Source of the DNA: an uncultured delta proteobacterium
Lineage (GTDB): Bacteria; Myxococcota_A; Polyangia; Palsa-1104
Assembly: GCA_963785725.1 (NCBI GenBank)
Contig: CAWAWS010000004.1
Location: 1 to 64,000, forward strand
Reading direction: 5' to 3'
DNA: 64,000 nucleotides
In this document: piece after piece, positions 1 through 10,416 of the stretch
How positions within the stretch are numbered: position 1 is the first letter of the stretch
Layout of the letters: the number at the start of each line of letters is the position of its first letter
Program-made: the position numbers and the translations under genes
The notes under the pieces: generated by a model
What the model saw: only the letters and a program-made list of their open reading frames with translations
Told to the model about the DNA's origin: nothing
Database searches by the model: none

Positions 1-253
1 CGCCGCCGTGTCGCAAATACCAGCAGCGGTAATAGGCGACCTGTCCACAGCCGGCGAATTCATAGGCGAATGATTTGATCTGATCCATGCGTAAGTTTTC
101 GGGCGCGCACTGCAGCTCCTGGATGGCGGCGCGCGTCGCGATGAGGTCGCCGTGATTGCAAATGCCGAGCTCACACTGTGCGCGCTCCCAGCCGGCGCAG
201 CCGCCAAAGACAAAGCAGCTCGCCACAATCCAAGCCCGCGCTCGATATTTCAT
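1..253 (-). CDS. Small Cys-containing putative lipoprotein, truncated by the window edge
   Basis: Manual translation MKYRARAWIVASCFVFGGCAGWERAQCELGICNHGDLIATRAAIQELQCAPENL...YEFAGCGQVAYYRCWY; GGGGAG RBS upstream; lipobox-like FGGC; absent from the ORF track because it runs off the edge. Confidence 0.65.
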   Translation of the reverse strand, partial: MKYRARAWIVASCFVFGGCAGWERAQCELGICNHGDLIATRAAIQELQCAPENLRMDQIKSFAYEFAGCGQVAYYRCWYLRHGG

Positions 254-347
254 GGCTCCCCCATTTGGGCAGCTGAGACGCTGGTGGCGAAGGGCTATTC
301 AATGTCGAGCTCGCGCATAGACTATCGCGAGCTTGCCGACGTCAGCG

Positions 348-1232
348 TCAGTCGATGGCGATATGGCGCAGCTCGGCCACCAACAGGTCGGCGACGGCGC
401 GAATGCGCGTGATATCGAGCGCCGAACGCGTGCATAACAGGTAAAGCGTCAGATCGGCGGCGGCGCCGAGGTCGAGCTCGAGCGGCACGAGCGCGCTGGG
501 TCGCGCGTGGCGCGGCTTCGTGCGCCCCAACACGATCGCGCCCAATCCGGCTTCGGCCGCGGCCAGGTTCACGAGAATATTGTCGGAGCTGAACGCGGGA
601 ACGAGCCCGGGAATCCTCGCGCGCAAGAGCGGATTGGGCGGCATGGCGTCGAATGGCGGCGCCCACGTAATCCAGGGAATGTCAGCGAGCTTGGGTCGCG
701 CCGGCAACTTGGCCTTCAGCGCGCGCGCGACGAACACGGCGCCGGGAATGCGCAAGGTCGCGAGTGTGACGAGATCTTCTTGCGCCGGCGGCTGCAGTCG
801 CAACGCCAGCTCCGCTTCGCCGCGATGCAGATCGAGATAGCTCATCGTCGACAGCACTTCGAGCCGTAAGTCGGCGTGACGACGCGCGACGTGCGCGGCG
901 AACGGCGCCAGGAACTGAAAGGAAATGAGCGGCGTCGACGTGATGCGCACGAGGCCGCGCGGCGAATGGTCGCGCTTCTCGGCGGCGCGCCCGGCTTCGC
1001 CGGCGAGCTCCGCCATCTTGCGCGCCGGGCCGAGCAGCCGTTCGCCGGTCGCGCTCAGCGCCGTGCCGCTCACGCTGCGGCGAAAGAGGCTGGCGCCGAG
1101 GCTGTGCTCGATCGCCTGCAGTCGCCGGCTGACCGTCGATTGTCCCATCCGCAAACGGCGCGCACCCGCGCTCACGCTGCCGCCTTCGGCGACGGCGAGG
1201 AACAGCCGCAGGTCATCCCAGTCGATATCCAT
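348..1232 (-). CDS. LysR-family transcriptional regulator
   Basis: N-terminal HTH WDDLRLFLAVAEGGSVSAGARRLRMGQSTVSRRLQAIE; 294 aa; divergent from the adjacent hydrolase. Confidence 0.95.
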   Translation of the reverse strand: MDIDWDDLRLFLAVAEGGSVSAGARRLRMGQSTVSRRLQAIEHSLGASLFRRSVSGTALSATGERLLGPARKMAELAGEAGRAAEKRDHSPRGLVRITSTPLISFQFLAPFAAHVARRHADLRLEVLSTMSYLDLHRGEAELALRLQPPAQEDLVTLATLRIPGAVFVARALKAKLPARPKLADIPWITWAPPFDAMPPNPLLRARIPGLVPAFSSDNILVNLAAAEAGLGAIVLGRTKPRHARPSALVPLELDLGAAADLTLYLLCTRSALDITRIRAVADLLVAELRHIAID

Positions 1233-1312
1233 CAGTGCATAATATCATGCCAAACGGGCCATATTCCATCCGACTGGGAATGGCTAGGTTAGTCGGCGAA
1301 GGAGAACCAACC

Positions 1313-2269
1313 ATGGCCCGCACAACCTCGTTTCGACATTCGGTGATCTCGGCGTTCATCATCGGCGCCCTCGTCTGTAGCGGTTGCATCGGCAGCCGGC
1401 ACGCCACGCAGCGCTCGACGTTGGGCGTAGCGCGCTCGACCAGCGACCTCCTCGCAGTCATCGATCAGCCGGGAATCGTCGAGCTGGAGACGGTGACGTC
1501 GAGCGTGTGGGCGGTGCCGCGCCAGAACCTGATCAACCTCGAGAATCCGATCGCGCAGCGCGCCGGCCTCAAGAAAGGGCTCGAGCCGATCGAAGTCGAC
1601 TTTCACGTCATTCGGCATCCGACGCGCGGTCGTTATCTGGTCGACACCGGCGCCGAGCGCGCGCTGCGCGATCAGCCGCGCCAGGCGGCGGTGCGCGGCT
1701 TAGTGGCCGCTTATTTACACTTTGGAACGATGAATGTCGTCGCGCCGCTCGGCGATTGGCTGGCCGCGCACGATCAAGGCGGGCCGATTCGCGGCGTATT
1801 CCTCACGCATTTACATCCCGATCACATCTCGGGAATGGTCGATGTTCCCAACGACGCCATCGTCTATACGGCGCCCGGTGAGCTGAGCGAGCGGCTGGCG
1901 CATAATCTATTTCTACAGTCCGTCAATGACCGCGCGCTCGCCGGTAAACCGCCGGTCGAAGAGTGGCCATTCGCGCCCGATGCCAGTGGCCGTTTCGCCG
2001 GCGTCGTCGATGTCTTCGGCGACGGTCAAGTTTGGGCGCTCTGGGTTCCCGGCCACACGCGCGGCAGCACGGCGTTCATCGTGCGCACGCCGCACGGCCC
2101 GGTCTTGCTCACCGGCGACGCTTGTCATACGCGCTGGGGCTGGGATAACGGCGTCGAGCCGGGCCCGCTCTCGGACGATATCCCCGCCAGTCGCAGCTCG
2201 CTCGAACGTTTACGCGCGCTCGCCGCCGAGCATCCGAAGCTGGAGGTCCGCCCGGGCCATCAACGCTAA
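1313..2269 (+). CDS. Metallo-beta-lactamase-fold hydrolase (AHL-lactonase-like), probable lipoprotein
   Basis: HLHPDH motif, PGHTRG, TGDACH, C-terminal PGHQ; GGAGA RBS before ATG 1313; signal peptide ending CSGC. Confidence 0.88.
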   Translation: MARTTSFRHSVISAFIIGALVCSGCIGSRHATQRSTLGVARSTSDLLAVIDQPGIVELETVTSSVWAVPRQNLINLENPIAQRAGLKKGLEPIEVDFHVIRHPTRGRYLVDTGAERALRDQPRQAAVRGLVAAYLHFGTMNVVAPLGDWLAAHDQGGPIRGVFLTHLHPDHISGMVDVPNDAIVYTAPGELSERLAHNLFLQSVNDRALAGKPPVEEWPFAPDASGRFAGVVDVFGDGQVWALWVPGHTRGSTAFIVRTPHGPVLLTGDACHTRWGWDNGVEPGPLSDDIPASRSSLERLRALAAEHPKLEVRPGHQR

Positions 2270-2639
2270 TCAGCTGCAACGCGATATTTGGCGATATCCA
2301 TTTCGTATGCGCGCTCCCTTCGGATCTAGAACGCGGCGCTCATTTGATCGACCGGAGCGTCAAGTGCGCCGCGAATGGCGCGCCGACCGAGTCGCGGAGA
2401 ACCAGCGCGTGGCGCGCATTGGCTGCACGCATCGTCGCGGTTCGTAAATGCTCAGCAATGCCGCTTAGATCGTGCGGACGACGGCCTCAAACGCTGCCTA
2501 CATTGCACACCAGCAACCATGCAAACGACTGTAAACAGTCTCTTTTGTTGAAGGAATCGTTTCTTGGATGTCATTTACCCGTCATGAACGAGACGTCGCC
2601 ACTCGCGGTGACGGCGCTCGTCTTGACGGAGGTTCGGCC

Positions 2640-3505
2640 ATGTTTGCGCGCGCGTTCGGCTTGCTCACCCTCTCGTTGGCGCTGGCTGCTTGCGGGGGAA
2701 ACGACGGCTCAGGCGGCACCGGCGGCGGTGCAGGTAGCGCGGGTGGCGGCGGGGCGAGTGGAAACGCGGGCGGAAACGGCAGCGCCGGCGGAAGCGCAGC
2801 GCCGGTGGAAGCGGCAGCGCCGGCGGAAGCGGCAGCGCCGGCGGAAGCGGCAGCGCCGGCGGAAGCGGCAGCGCCGGTGGAAGCGGCAGCGCCGGTGGAA
2901 GCGGCAGCGCCGGCGGAAGCGGCAGCGCCGGCGGAAGCGGCAGCGCCGGCGGCGGTGGCGCGTCGAGCGGCGGCGGCGACGGCACGCCAACGCGCCAGGC
3001 GTGCACGCCCAACTTCGGCACCGGATTGAGCGCGACACACGGCCGACTCGACGGCTATCTCGTCTCGATCATCGACGTCGGTGCCGATAAGCAATGCAAC
3101 GGCGACGACTCGCACGTTCATTTGCAGGTCATGATGTTGGGCGCCATTTACGACGTGGCCGTCGATATCGGCTCGACCGGCGACGATATCTTCTATTTGG
3201 CCAAGGATATGACCATCCCCGACGGGACTTGGGCCGAAGGCTGGCACACGAGCGATGCGCTCAGCTATTCGAGCTTGGGTATCAAATCGACCGACTTGGT
3301 CGAGCTGTCACCGACGGACGCGGCGAGCACTGTCGAGGCCGAGCTGGCGACCGTCAATCATATCTCGGTATTCGGAACCGGATATAACGCGAACGGGATT
3401 CACGACATTCATTACGAGAACAATAAGGATGGCGCCATCGTCACCGAGCCGCAATCGAGCAGCTCGCGCGTCCTGTTCTTCCGCTTCTCGACCGACCAAT
3501 TCTAA
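2640..3505 (+). CDS. Lipoprotein with Gly/Ser tandem linker and DUF2278/YukJ-like C-terminal domain; one frameshift near 2796
   Basis: GGAGG RBS; MFARAFGLLTLSLALAAC lipobox; restoring one G at about 2796 joins the N-terminus to the 3026-3505 frame (HVHLQV..YDVAVDIGS..GIHDIHYE..DGAIV). Confidence 0.7.
2787..2950 (+). repeat. 18-bp tandem repeat (GGYGGAAGCGGCAGCGCC) x about 9, encoding a GGSGSA linker
   Basis: Directly visible; the first unit lacks one G. Confidence 0.9.
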
Positions 3506-3680
3506 AGCGCCCGAAGCGACTGCAATAGCGCGCAATCGAGCGGCTGCTTAGGCGTTCGTTGGTCGTGAGTGGGCGCGAGGTCGTTCAACGTTGAACGATC
3601 GCGGATTGGCGGCTCGTCGAGCCGAGAAGGCAATTCAGGCGTGAGTCTGCGCCGAGCTTGCGATGCTCAGCGCGTCGCGC

Positions 3681-3938
3681 TTAGCCCTTCGGCTCGGCCG
3701 GGACGACGGTGCCGCCCTTGCTCGTGCAATCCTTCTCGGACATCTTCATGATGCCTTTGCCTTTGCAGTCGTTCTTACCTTTGCAGTCGTTGTTGGCCGA
3801 CTTGCAGCCGCCTTTGCCTTTGCAGTCGTTCGTGCCCGAACACACGACTTTGCCGCCCTTGGCATGCGCGGTAAGCGGAGCGGCCGCGGCGAAGAGTCCG
3901 GCAACCGACGCTGCAATCACTGCACCTTTGATCGTCAT
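3681..3938 (-). CDS. Bufferin BufA2-like periplasmic Cys-rich peptide (85 aa)
   Basis: Signal peptide ending AHA, then CSGTNDCKGKGGCKSANNDCKGKNDCKGKG..KDCTSKGG; AGGAG RBS. Confidence 0.8.
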   Translation of the reverse strand: MTIKGAVIAASVAGLFAAAAPLTAHAKGGKVVCSGTNDCKGKGGCKSANNDCKGKNDCKGKGIMKMSEKDCTSKGGTVVPAEPKG

Positions 3939-3979
3939 ATCGTTCTCCTGATCGTCGAAGTTGGGTGGTTCCTCTCGAT

Positions 3980-4005
3980 TACGCCGCAGCGAACAGTAGG
4001 TTTCA
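3980..4005 (-). promoter_or_regulatory. ECF-sigma-type promoter TGAAAC-N16-CGTA upstream of the BufA2-like gene
   Basis: Minus strand TGAAAC CTACTGTTCGCTGCGG CGTA, about 40 bp before the ATG. Confidence 0.55.
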
Positions 4006-4584
4006 CGCCCATCGGCGCAATGGGCGTTTTTCCCGCGATAAGCCCGGGATTCACCGGTTCCAACGAAGCAAGATTTTGAAATGGCGACGCTATTTGATCG
4101 CCGGTCGCCAACGCTCGAGCGACGGAGGCTCGGTCGAAGGGGCGGTCTATTCGAGAAGCAAACGCGACTGCCGCCGAGCGCGACGCTCCACGCGATGCCG
4201 CGGTCGATCGCAGCGTAACGCCACGGCGGATTCCGACGGCGCGAACGCACGCGCCCGCCGGTCGCGCCAGCGCTGCGCAGATCGCCGCGAAATCGACTAC
4301 GTCGATGACCTCATACCGGCATCGTCCCGTGCGCGCCCTTTGCACGGCGACCGCGGTACCGGCTGGTACCGAAGCCTTGCGGTCCAAGACTTACAGTCAC
4401 GCATAGCGTTCGTCTCAAAGAAAAACGAGGGTCGCTCGGACAAGTTGTCCAGGTGGTTCCTTACTTACATAAGCGCAGATTGATCGAGCGATTACCTGTA
4501 TTTGAGACGCATATTCGCGATTTTGAGGTGTAAGGGGCATCGCTCGTTCGTGCGATTGTAACGAACGAAACGACTCTGTAGCTT

Positions 4585-6540
4585 ATGGCGCAAATGAATC
4601 CATGTAAGCGCCTCGCGACCACCCTCTTGGCATTCTCGTGCGCAGTCTCCGGTTCCTTCGCACACGCCGATCCATCGCAATCGTCGACACTGACAGCCAA
4701 GACCCTGACCAACACGTTCGCGTTTCGCATCAACGCCAATAACGTTCTTTATTGCGCGACGCTCGCGGGCGGCCTGTACAGCCCGTGGGTCAGCTTCTTC
4801 GACGGCGCGCCGACCGTGACCAGCGTCGTCGCGGTGCCGGGAACGACCGGCCACCTCGAGGTCTTCGCCGTCGGTACCGACACGCACCTTTATCACGACT
4901 ATTTCGACGGCACGAATTGGCACGGCTGGACGCGCGACTTCGATGGCGCGCCGCTCGTGACCAGCGTCAGCGCCGCCAGCGGCCCCGACGGCTTACTGCA
5001 AGTCTTCGCCGTCGGCACCGACGGCACGCTCTATCACGACTGGCTCAATCAAACGTGGAACGGCTGGACTGCCAACTTCCAGGGCGCGCCCAAAGTCACT
5101 CGCGTCAGCGAGATGATGGGATCGACCGGCCACTTGGAAGTGTTCGCCATCGGCACCGACGGCACGCTCTTGCACGAGACCTATGACGGCAATTGGTACA
5201 GCTGGGATATCGGCTTCGACGGCTCGCCGCTGCTCGCCAACTTGACGGCAGCGACGGGCCCGACCGGCCACCTCGAAGTCTTCGGTATCGGCACCGACGG
5301 CACGCTCTATCACGACTTCCTCGATACGAGCTGGCACGGCTGGAGCGCCAACTTCGACGGCGCGCCGAAGCTGAGCAGCTTGGAAGCGATGATCGGCGCC
5401 ACCAAGAACCTCGAGGTCTTCGGCATCGGCACCGACGGCACGCTCTATCACGACTCGCTCGACACGAGCTGGCACGGCTGGGGCGCCGGCTTCGACGGCG
5501 CGCCCACGCTGCAAGCGATCAGCGCGGCGATTGGCCCCAGCGGCCACTTGGAAGTCTACGCCGCTGCCAGCGACGGCTCGATGTACCACGACTATCTGGA
5601 CACCAGCTGGCACGGCTTTTCGCACTATTCGATCAATGACAATTGGATGGGCGATCTGAGCGGCACCATCTTCAATTGGTCCATCGACAACATCAAAATG
5701 CCCGGCACGCACGACTCGGGCACTTATGCGATTACGTCGAGCTCGGAGATTACCGGCGACGCGCCGACCTGGCTGCCGATCGTTCAGTCGCTTTTGGGCT
5801 CGGCGGCGAGCAGCGTCGTCGCCGGCTGGTCCAAAGCGCAGAACTGGACGATTCCTTATCAGCTCAATGGCGGTATTCGTTATCTCGATCTGCGTACCTG
5901 TCACGCCAGCGATGGTCTGCGTATCTGCCACGCGCTCGCCGGCGATCCGCTCAGCACCGTCATCAATGCGGTGGCGACGTTCAGCGCCAATCATCCGCTG
6001 GAGCTGATCATTCTCGACTTCAATCACTTCTACAATTTGACCGCGGCCGATCACGCTTCATTGGCGAGCATGTTGTCGTCGGCGCTCGGCTCGCGCTTGG
6101 CGCCGGCGTCGCTGGGCGCGTCGGTGACCGCCGGTCAAATGTGGGCGTCCGGTTATAACGTCATCGCCTTGTATGCCGATTCGGGGACGGTTTCGGCCAA
6201 CAGCTTCTTGTGGCCGGAGAGCTCGATCGTCTCGCCGTGGGCCAACACGACGAGCACGGCGACGCTGCAGAATTGGATTCAGACGCAGCCGTTGTCGCGT
6301 CCGAGTAATACGCTCTTCGTTTCGCAGGGCATTCTGACGCCCGATACCACGATGATCGAAAATGGGCTCATTCCGTTCACGTCGAATCCGAGTACGCTGC
6401 AGGCGGTGGCGAATAACCTGAATCCGCAGCTGTGGAATTGGCTGCAGGCGCCGCAGATTCATTCGTCGCTCAATATCGTGATCGCCGATTGGCAGGCCGA
6501 TTGGCTGATCGAAGATATCCAGTGGCTCAATACGTTCTAA
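4585..6540 (+). CDS. Secreted protein: lectin-like beta-propeller (PLL/fucose-lectin-type repeats) fused to a PI-PLC X-domain
   Basis: Signal peptide (SFAHA); six 46-47 aa repeats FDGAP..HLEVFAVGTDGTLYHD..WHGW; then NWM..MPGTHDSG, QLNGGIRYLDLR, ICH, ELIILDF. Confidence 0.85.
   Translation: MAQMNPCKRLATTLLAFSCAVSGSFAHADPSQSSTLTAKTLTNTFAFRINANNVLYCATLAGGLYSPWVSFFDGAPTVTSVVAVPGTTGHLEVFAVGTDTHLYHDYFDGTNWHGWTRDFDGAPLVTSVSAASGPDGLLQVFAVGTDGTLYHDWLNQTWNGWTANFQGAPKVTRVSEMMGSTGHLEVFAIGTDGTLLHETYDGNWYSWDIGFDGSPLLANLTAATGPTGHLEVFGIGTDGTLYHDFLDTSWHGWSANFDGAPKLSSLEAMIGATKNLEVFGIGTDGTLYHDSLDTSWHGWGAGFDGAPTLQAISAAIGPSGHLEVYAAASDGSMYHDYLDTSWHGFSHYSINDNWMGDLSGTIFNWSIDNIKMPGTHDSGTYAITSSSEITGDAPTWLPIVQSLLGSAASSVVAGWSKAQNWTIPYQLNGGIRYLDLRTCHASDGLRICHALAGDPLSTVINAVATFSANHPLELIILDFNHFYNLTAADHASLASMLSSALGSRLAPASLGASVTAGQMWASGYNVIALYADSGTVSANSFLWPESSIVSPWANTTSTATLQNWIQTQPLSRPSNTLFVSQGILTPDTTMIENGLIPFTSNPSTLQAVANNLNPQLWNWLQAPQIHSSLNIVIADWQADWLIEDIQWLNTF
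4798..5628 (+). repeat. Intragenic ~138-bp repeats (6 propeller blades)
   Basis: Recurrent GGCACCGACGGCACGCTCTATCACGAC and TTCGACGGCGCGCC blocks. Confidence 0.85.
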
Positions 6541-6609
6541 TTTAGCGTCCTCGCAACACCGCTTTTTCGCACGCTCTGCACTAAATTCACTATCATTGTC
6601 GACATTCGC

Positions 6610-7578
6610 TTGAGCGCTGACGTGTGCGACGTGACTCGTATCGAGAAGGCGGAGCTTCACTGCCATATCGATGGGCTGCTCGACCCGGCGATGCTCGCCG
6701 AGCTCTCGGCCGACGGACATGACTTTGGCTTGTCCGCGACGGCATTGCAGGCGCGCTATCCTTTCGACTCGATTTCGGCGTGGCAGCGGGACTATTGCGA
6801 GTTCATCGAGCCGCACTTACGGCCACACGCCGAACGGCTTCCCCTGCTGCTCGAACGCCATTTGCGTCGACTGAAAGGGGAGCGCGTCGTCTACGCCGAG
6901 ATCTTCGTCAGCAGCCTCTTGTTCGCGCGCGGCCATGACTTGGGCGCGCTCGTCGAGCTGTTCCGCGAGCTGCGGCAGCGGGCCGATGCCGCCGCCGGGC
7001 CGGCGTTGGAGGTCGCGCTCGTCGTGTGCATCGGCCGTGGCCCGCCCGCGAAGCTGGAGAAGCAGTTCCCGCGCATCGTGGCGCTGCATCGACAAGGGCT
7101 CATTTGCGGCGTGGCCCTGGCCGGCGCGGAAGATCGATTCCCGGTGCGGCCGTTGCAACCGTTCTTCGAGCGCTTTCACGATCTCGGAATGGGAATCGAG
7201 ATTCATGCGGGCGAGCTGGCCGGCCCCGAGTCGGTGCGCGACGCGCTCGAGTTTGGTCGCCCCGATCGACTCGGTCATGGCGTGGCCGCGTTCGAGGATC
7301 CGGCGCTGATCGAGTCGATCGGCGAGCGACGGATCCATTTGGAGTTCTGTCCGACGAGCAACCGGCGGCTCGGCGTGGTGCCGCACATCGCAGATCACCC
7401 AATCCGTCGCGCCTACGAGCTGGGCCTCGAGCTCAGCATCAACACCGACGATCCGGGCCCATTCGAGTGCTCGCTGACCTCCGAATTCGAGCTGGTCCGC
7501 GACACATTCCATTTCGACGAGAGCGACTTCGCCCGGATCTTTCAATCGGCACGAAAGGCGGCGTTTGCCGGCCGCTGA
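6610..7578 (+). CDS. add: Adenosine/adenine deaminase family protein
   Basis: KAELHCHIDG, HAGE, RLGHG, CPTSN, NTDDP motifs; start could be GTG 6631. Confidence 0.88.
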   Translation: MSADVCDVTRIEKAELHCHIDGLLDPAMLAELSADGHDFGLSATALQARYPFDSISAWQRDYCEFIEPHLRPHAERLPLLLERHLRRLKGERVVYAEIFVSSLLFARGHDLGALVELFRELRQRADAAAGPALEVALVVCIGRGPPAKLEKQFPRIVALHRQGLICGVALAGAEDRFPVRPLQPFFERFHDLGMGIEIHAGELAGPESVRDALEFGRPDRLGHGVAAFEDPALIESIGERRIHLEFCPTSNRRLGVVPHIADHPIRRAYELGLELSINTDDPGPFECSLTSEFELVRDTFHFDESDFARIFQSARKAAFAGR

Positions 7579-7621
7579 CGCTGGCGGCGGCGCTTGCGCT
7601 CACGAATCGACCGGCGGAGAT

Positions 7622-7778
7622 TAGGGGCTGTTCTCAATCAGCTCCCGTCGCCAAGCTTGCTGCGGGCCGCGTCTGCTTCGTTGCTCATCGGTCAGTTACC
7701 CCAGTAGCTTCGCTCTTCGCGCCTCGCAGCCGCGGCTCCTCGCGGCGCTTGGCTCGGTCCGCCAATTGAGAACAGCCC

Positions 7779-7781
<3 letters not shown>
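7622..7781. mobile_element. MITE-like element, long copy (160 bp including flanking TA)
   Basis: Perfect terminal inverted repeat TTAGGGGCTGTTCTCAAT (7621-7638) / ATTGAGAACAGCCCCTAA (7765-7782); second copy at 25841. Confidence 0.85.
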
Positions 7782-9008
<1,227 letters not shown>

Positions 9009-9041
9009 CGGGTCACGCGCCGCATCGTCGCGAGCGCGCGC

Positions 9042-9482
9042 TCACTTGACGTCGATGAGCGCACAGTCGAACACCAAATCCGAGCCCGGCGGAATCGCGC
9101 CCGCGCCTCGGTCGCCGTACGCCAGCTTGGCCGGAATGTGCAGCTGGCGGCGGCCGCCGACCTTCATGCCCTCGAGGCCTTCGTCCCAGCCGCGAATGAC
9201 CTGACCGGAGCCGAGGACGAACTCGAAGGGCTCGTGGCGATCGACGCTGCTGTCGAACTTCTTGTGCGGCTCGTCGGCCAGCCAGCCCGTGTAGTGCACG
9301 ACGACCTTCTTGTAGGCCTTGGCCTCGGCGCCGGTGCCTTTGCGGATGTCGACGTATTCGAGGCCCGACGGTAGGACGACGACCTTCATGCCTTTGACGG
9401 GCGTGGGCGCGCTGGTGTCGGCGAAGGCGCTGGTGGCGAGCACGACGAGAGCGCAGAACGATAGGACGCGAGCGGTCATCAT
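9042..9482 (-). CDS. FKBP-type peptidyl-prolyl isomerase with signal peptide
   Basis: VVVHYTGWL, KFDSS, VIRGWDEG, IPAKLAYG, IPPGSDLVFD; GGAGGG RBS. Confidence 0.93.
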   Translation of the reverse strand: MMTARVLSFCALVVLATSAFADTSAPTPVKGMKVVVLPSGLEYVDIRKGTGAEAKAYKKVVVHYTGWLADEPHKKFDSSVDRHEPFEFVLGSGQVIRGWDEGLEGMKVGGRRQLHIPAKLAYGDRGAGAIPPGSDLVFDCALIDVK

Positions 9483-9515
9483 TTCCCTCCGGGCCGTCGA
9501 TGCTACCATGAGGGC

Positions 9516-10416
9516 ATGCCGCTGATATTGGAGGTGGCGTATGCGGACGCCGCGGCTTTGGCCCACGACGCCGCGACGCAGCTCGCGCGCGGCGGGCTGT
9601 TCGTGGCCGTCGACGCGTCGGCGCTGCCGCCGCTCGCCGAGCTGACGCTGCGCCTGGTGCTCGCGGGCGCGATCGTCGACGCGGCCGCGCGCCTGACGGT
9701 GGCCTCGAGCGCGGCCGCCTGCGTCGAGCTGAGCCCCGAGGCGCGCGAGGCGCTGCTGGGCGCGGTGGCGGCGAACGTCGGCCGCGTGGCCGCGCGCGCC
9801 GGCGACAAGCGCGCCCGCATTTATGATGCAAGCGCACAACCCGCCGGTGGCAGCGTCCCGCGTGATGCGAGCGCACGACATGGTGCGACTGCACGAGATG
9901 ACGCGCCTGTTTCAGTCGAGGCTGTGGCCGCTGACGCTGCGGATGCGACGGCGGGCGAGCGGGCGGCAATCACGCGAGACGACGACGCCAAGGACACGCG
10001 CGGGCAGCTGACGCTCGACAAGAAGGTCGCGGTCATGAGCGTCAGCGAGAAGGTGCAGCTGGCGCTGCGCGGCGATCGCGACGCGCGGGCGCTGCTCATC
10101 CGCGATCGCGCCGGCGTCGTGCAGGCGTCGCTCATTCGCAATCCCAAGATCAGCGCCGACGAGGTGCAGGCGCTGGCGCGCGCGCCGCAGCTGGCGCCCG
10201 ACTGCGCCGAAGCGCTGGCGCAGCATCCGTCGTGGGGCGCGTCGTCGACGATCGCGCTGGCGCTGGTGCGCAATCCGCGGACGCCGCTGCCGACGGCGAC
10301 GGCGCTCGTCAACAAGCTGTCACCGGGCGATCTGCGCGTCGTGGCCAAGGGGTTGGGTGTGCGGACGCAGAATCGCGGCGGCGGCGCGTAAGCGCTTGTT
10401 GGATCCGCCGCGATGA
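9516..10416 (+). CDS. Hypothetical protein: PilZ-like N-terminus (LARGGLFV) plus helical C-terminal repeat region; probable +1 frameshift near 10371
   Basis: C-terminal EKVQLALRGDRDARALLIRD..RNPKIS..LVRNPRTP pattern; removing one A at about 10371 gives QIAAAARKRLLDPPR-stop overlapping the kinase ATG (ATGA). Confidence 0.6.

Noticed and set aside
2568..3029. APAEAA-repeat protein as translated in the ORF track
   Set aside because: Product of a one-base deletion; the GGSGSA frame continues the Gly-rich linker into the downstream domain
3935..4483. ORFs between the bufferin-like gene and the PI-PLC gene as bufferin maturases
   Set aside because: No DUF692/DUF2063-like motifs, no convincing RBS or coding bias
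1..7620. Genomic island or prophage
   Set aside because: Looks less GC-rich by eye, but no integrase, tRNA, att repeat or phage gene is visible; GC content was not computed
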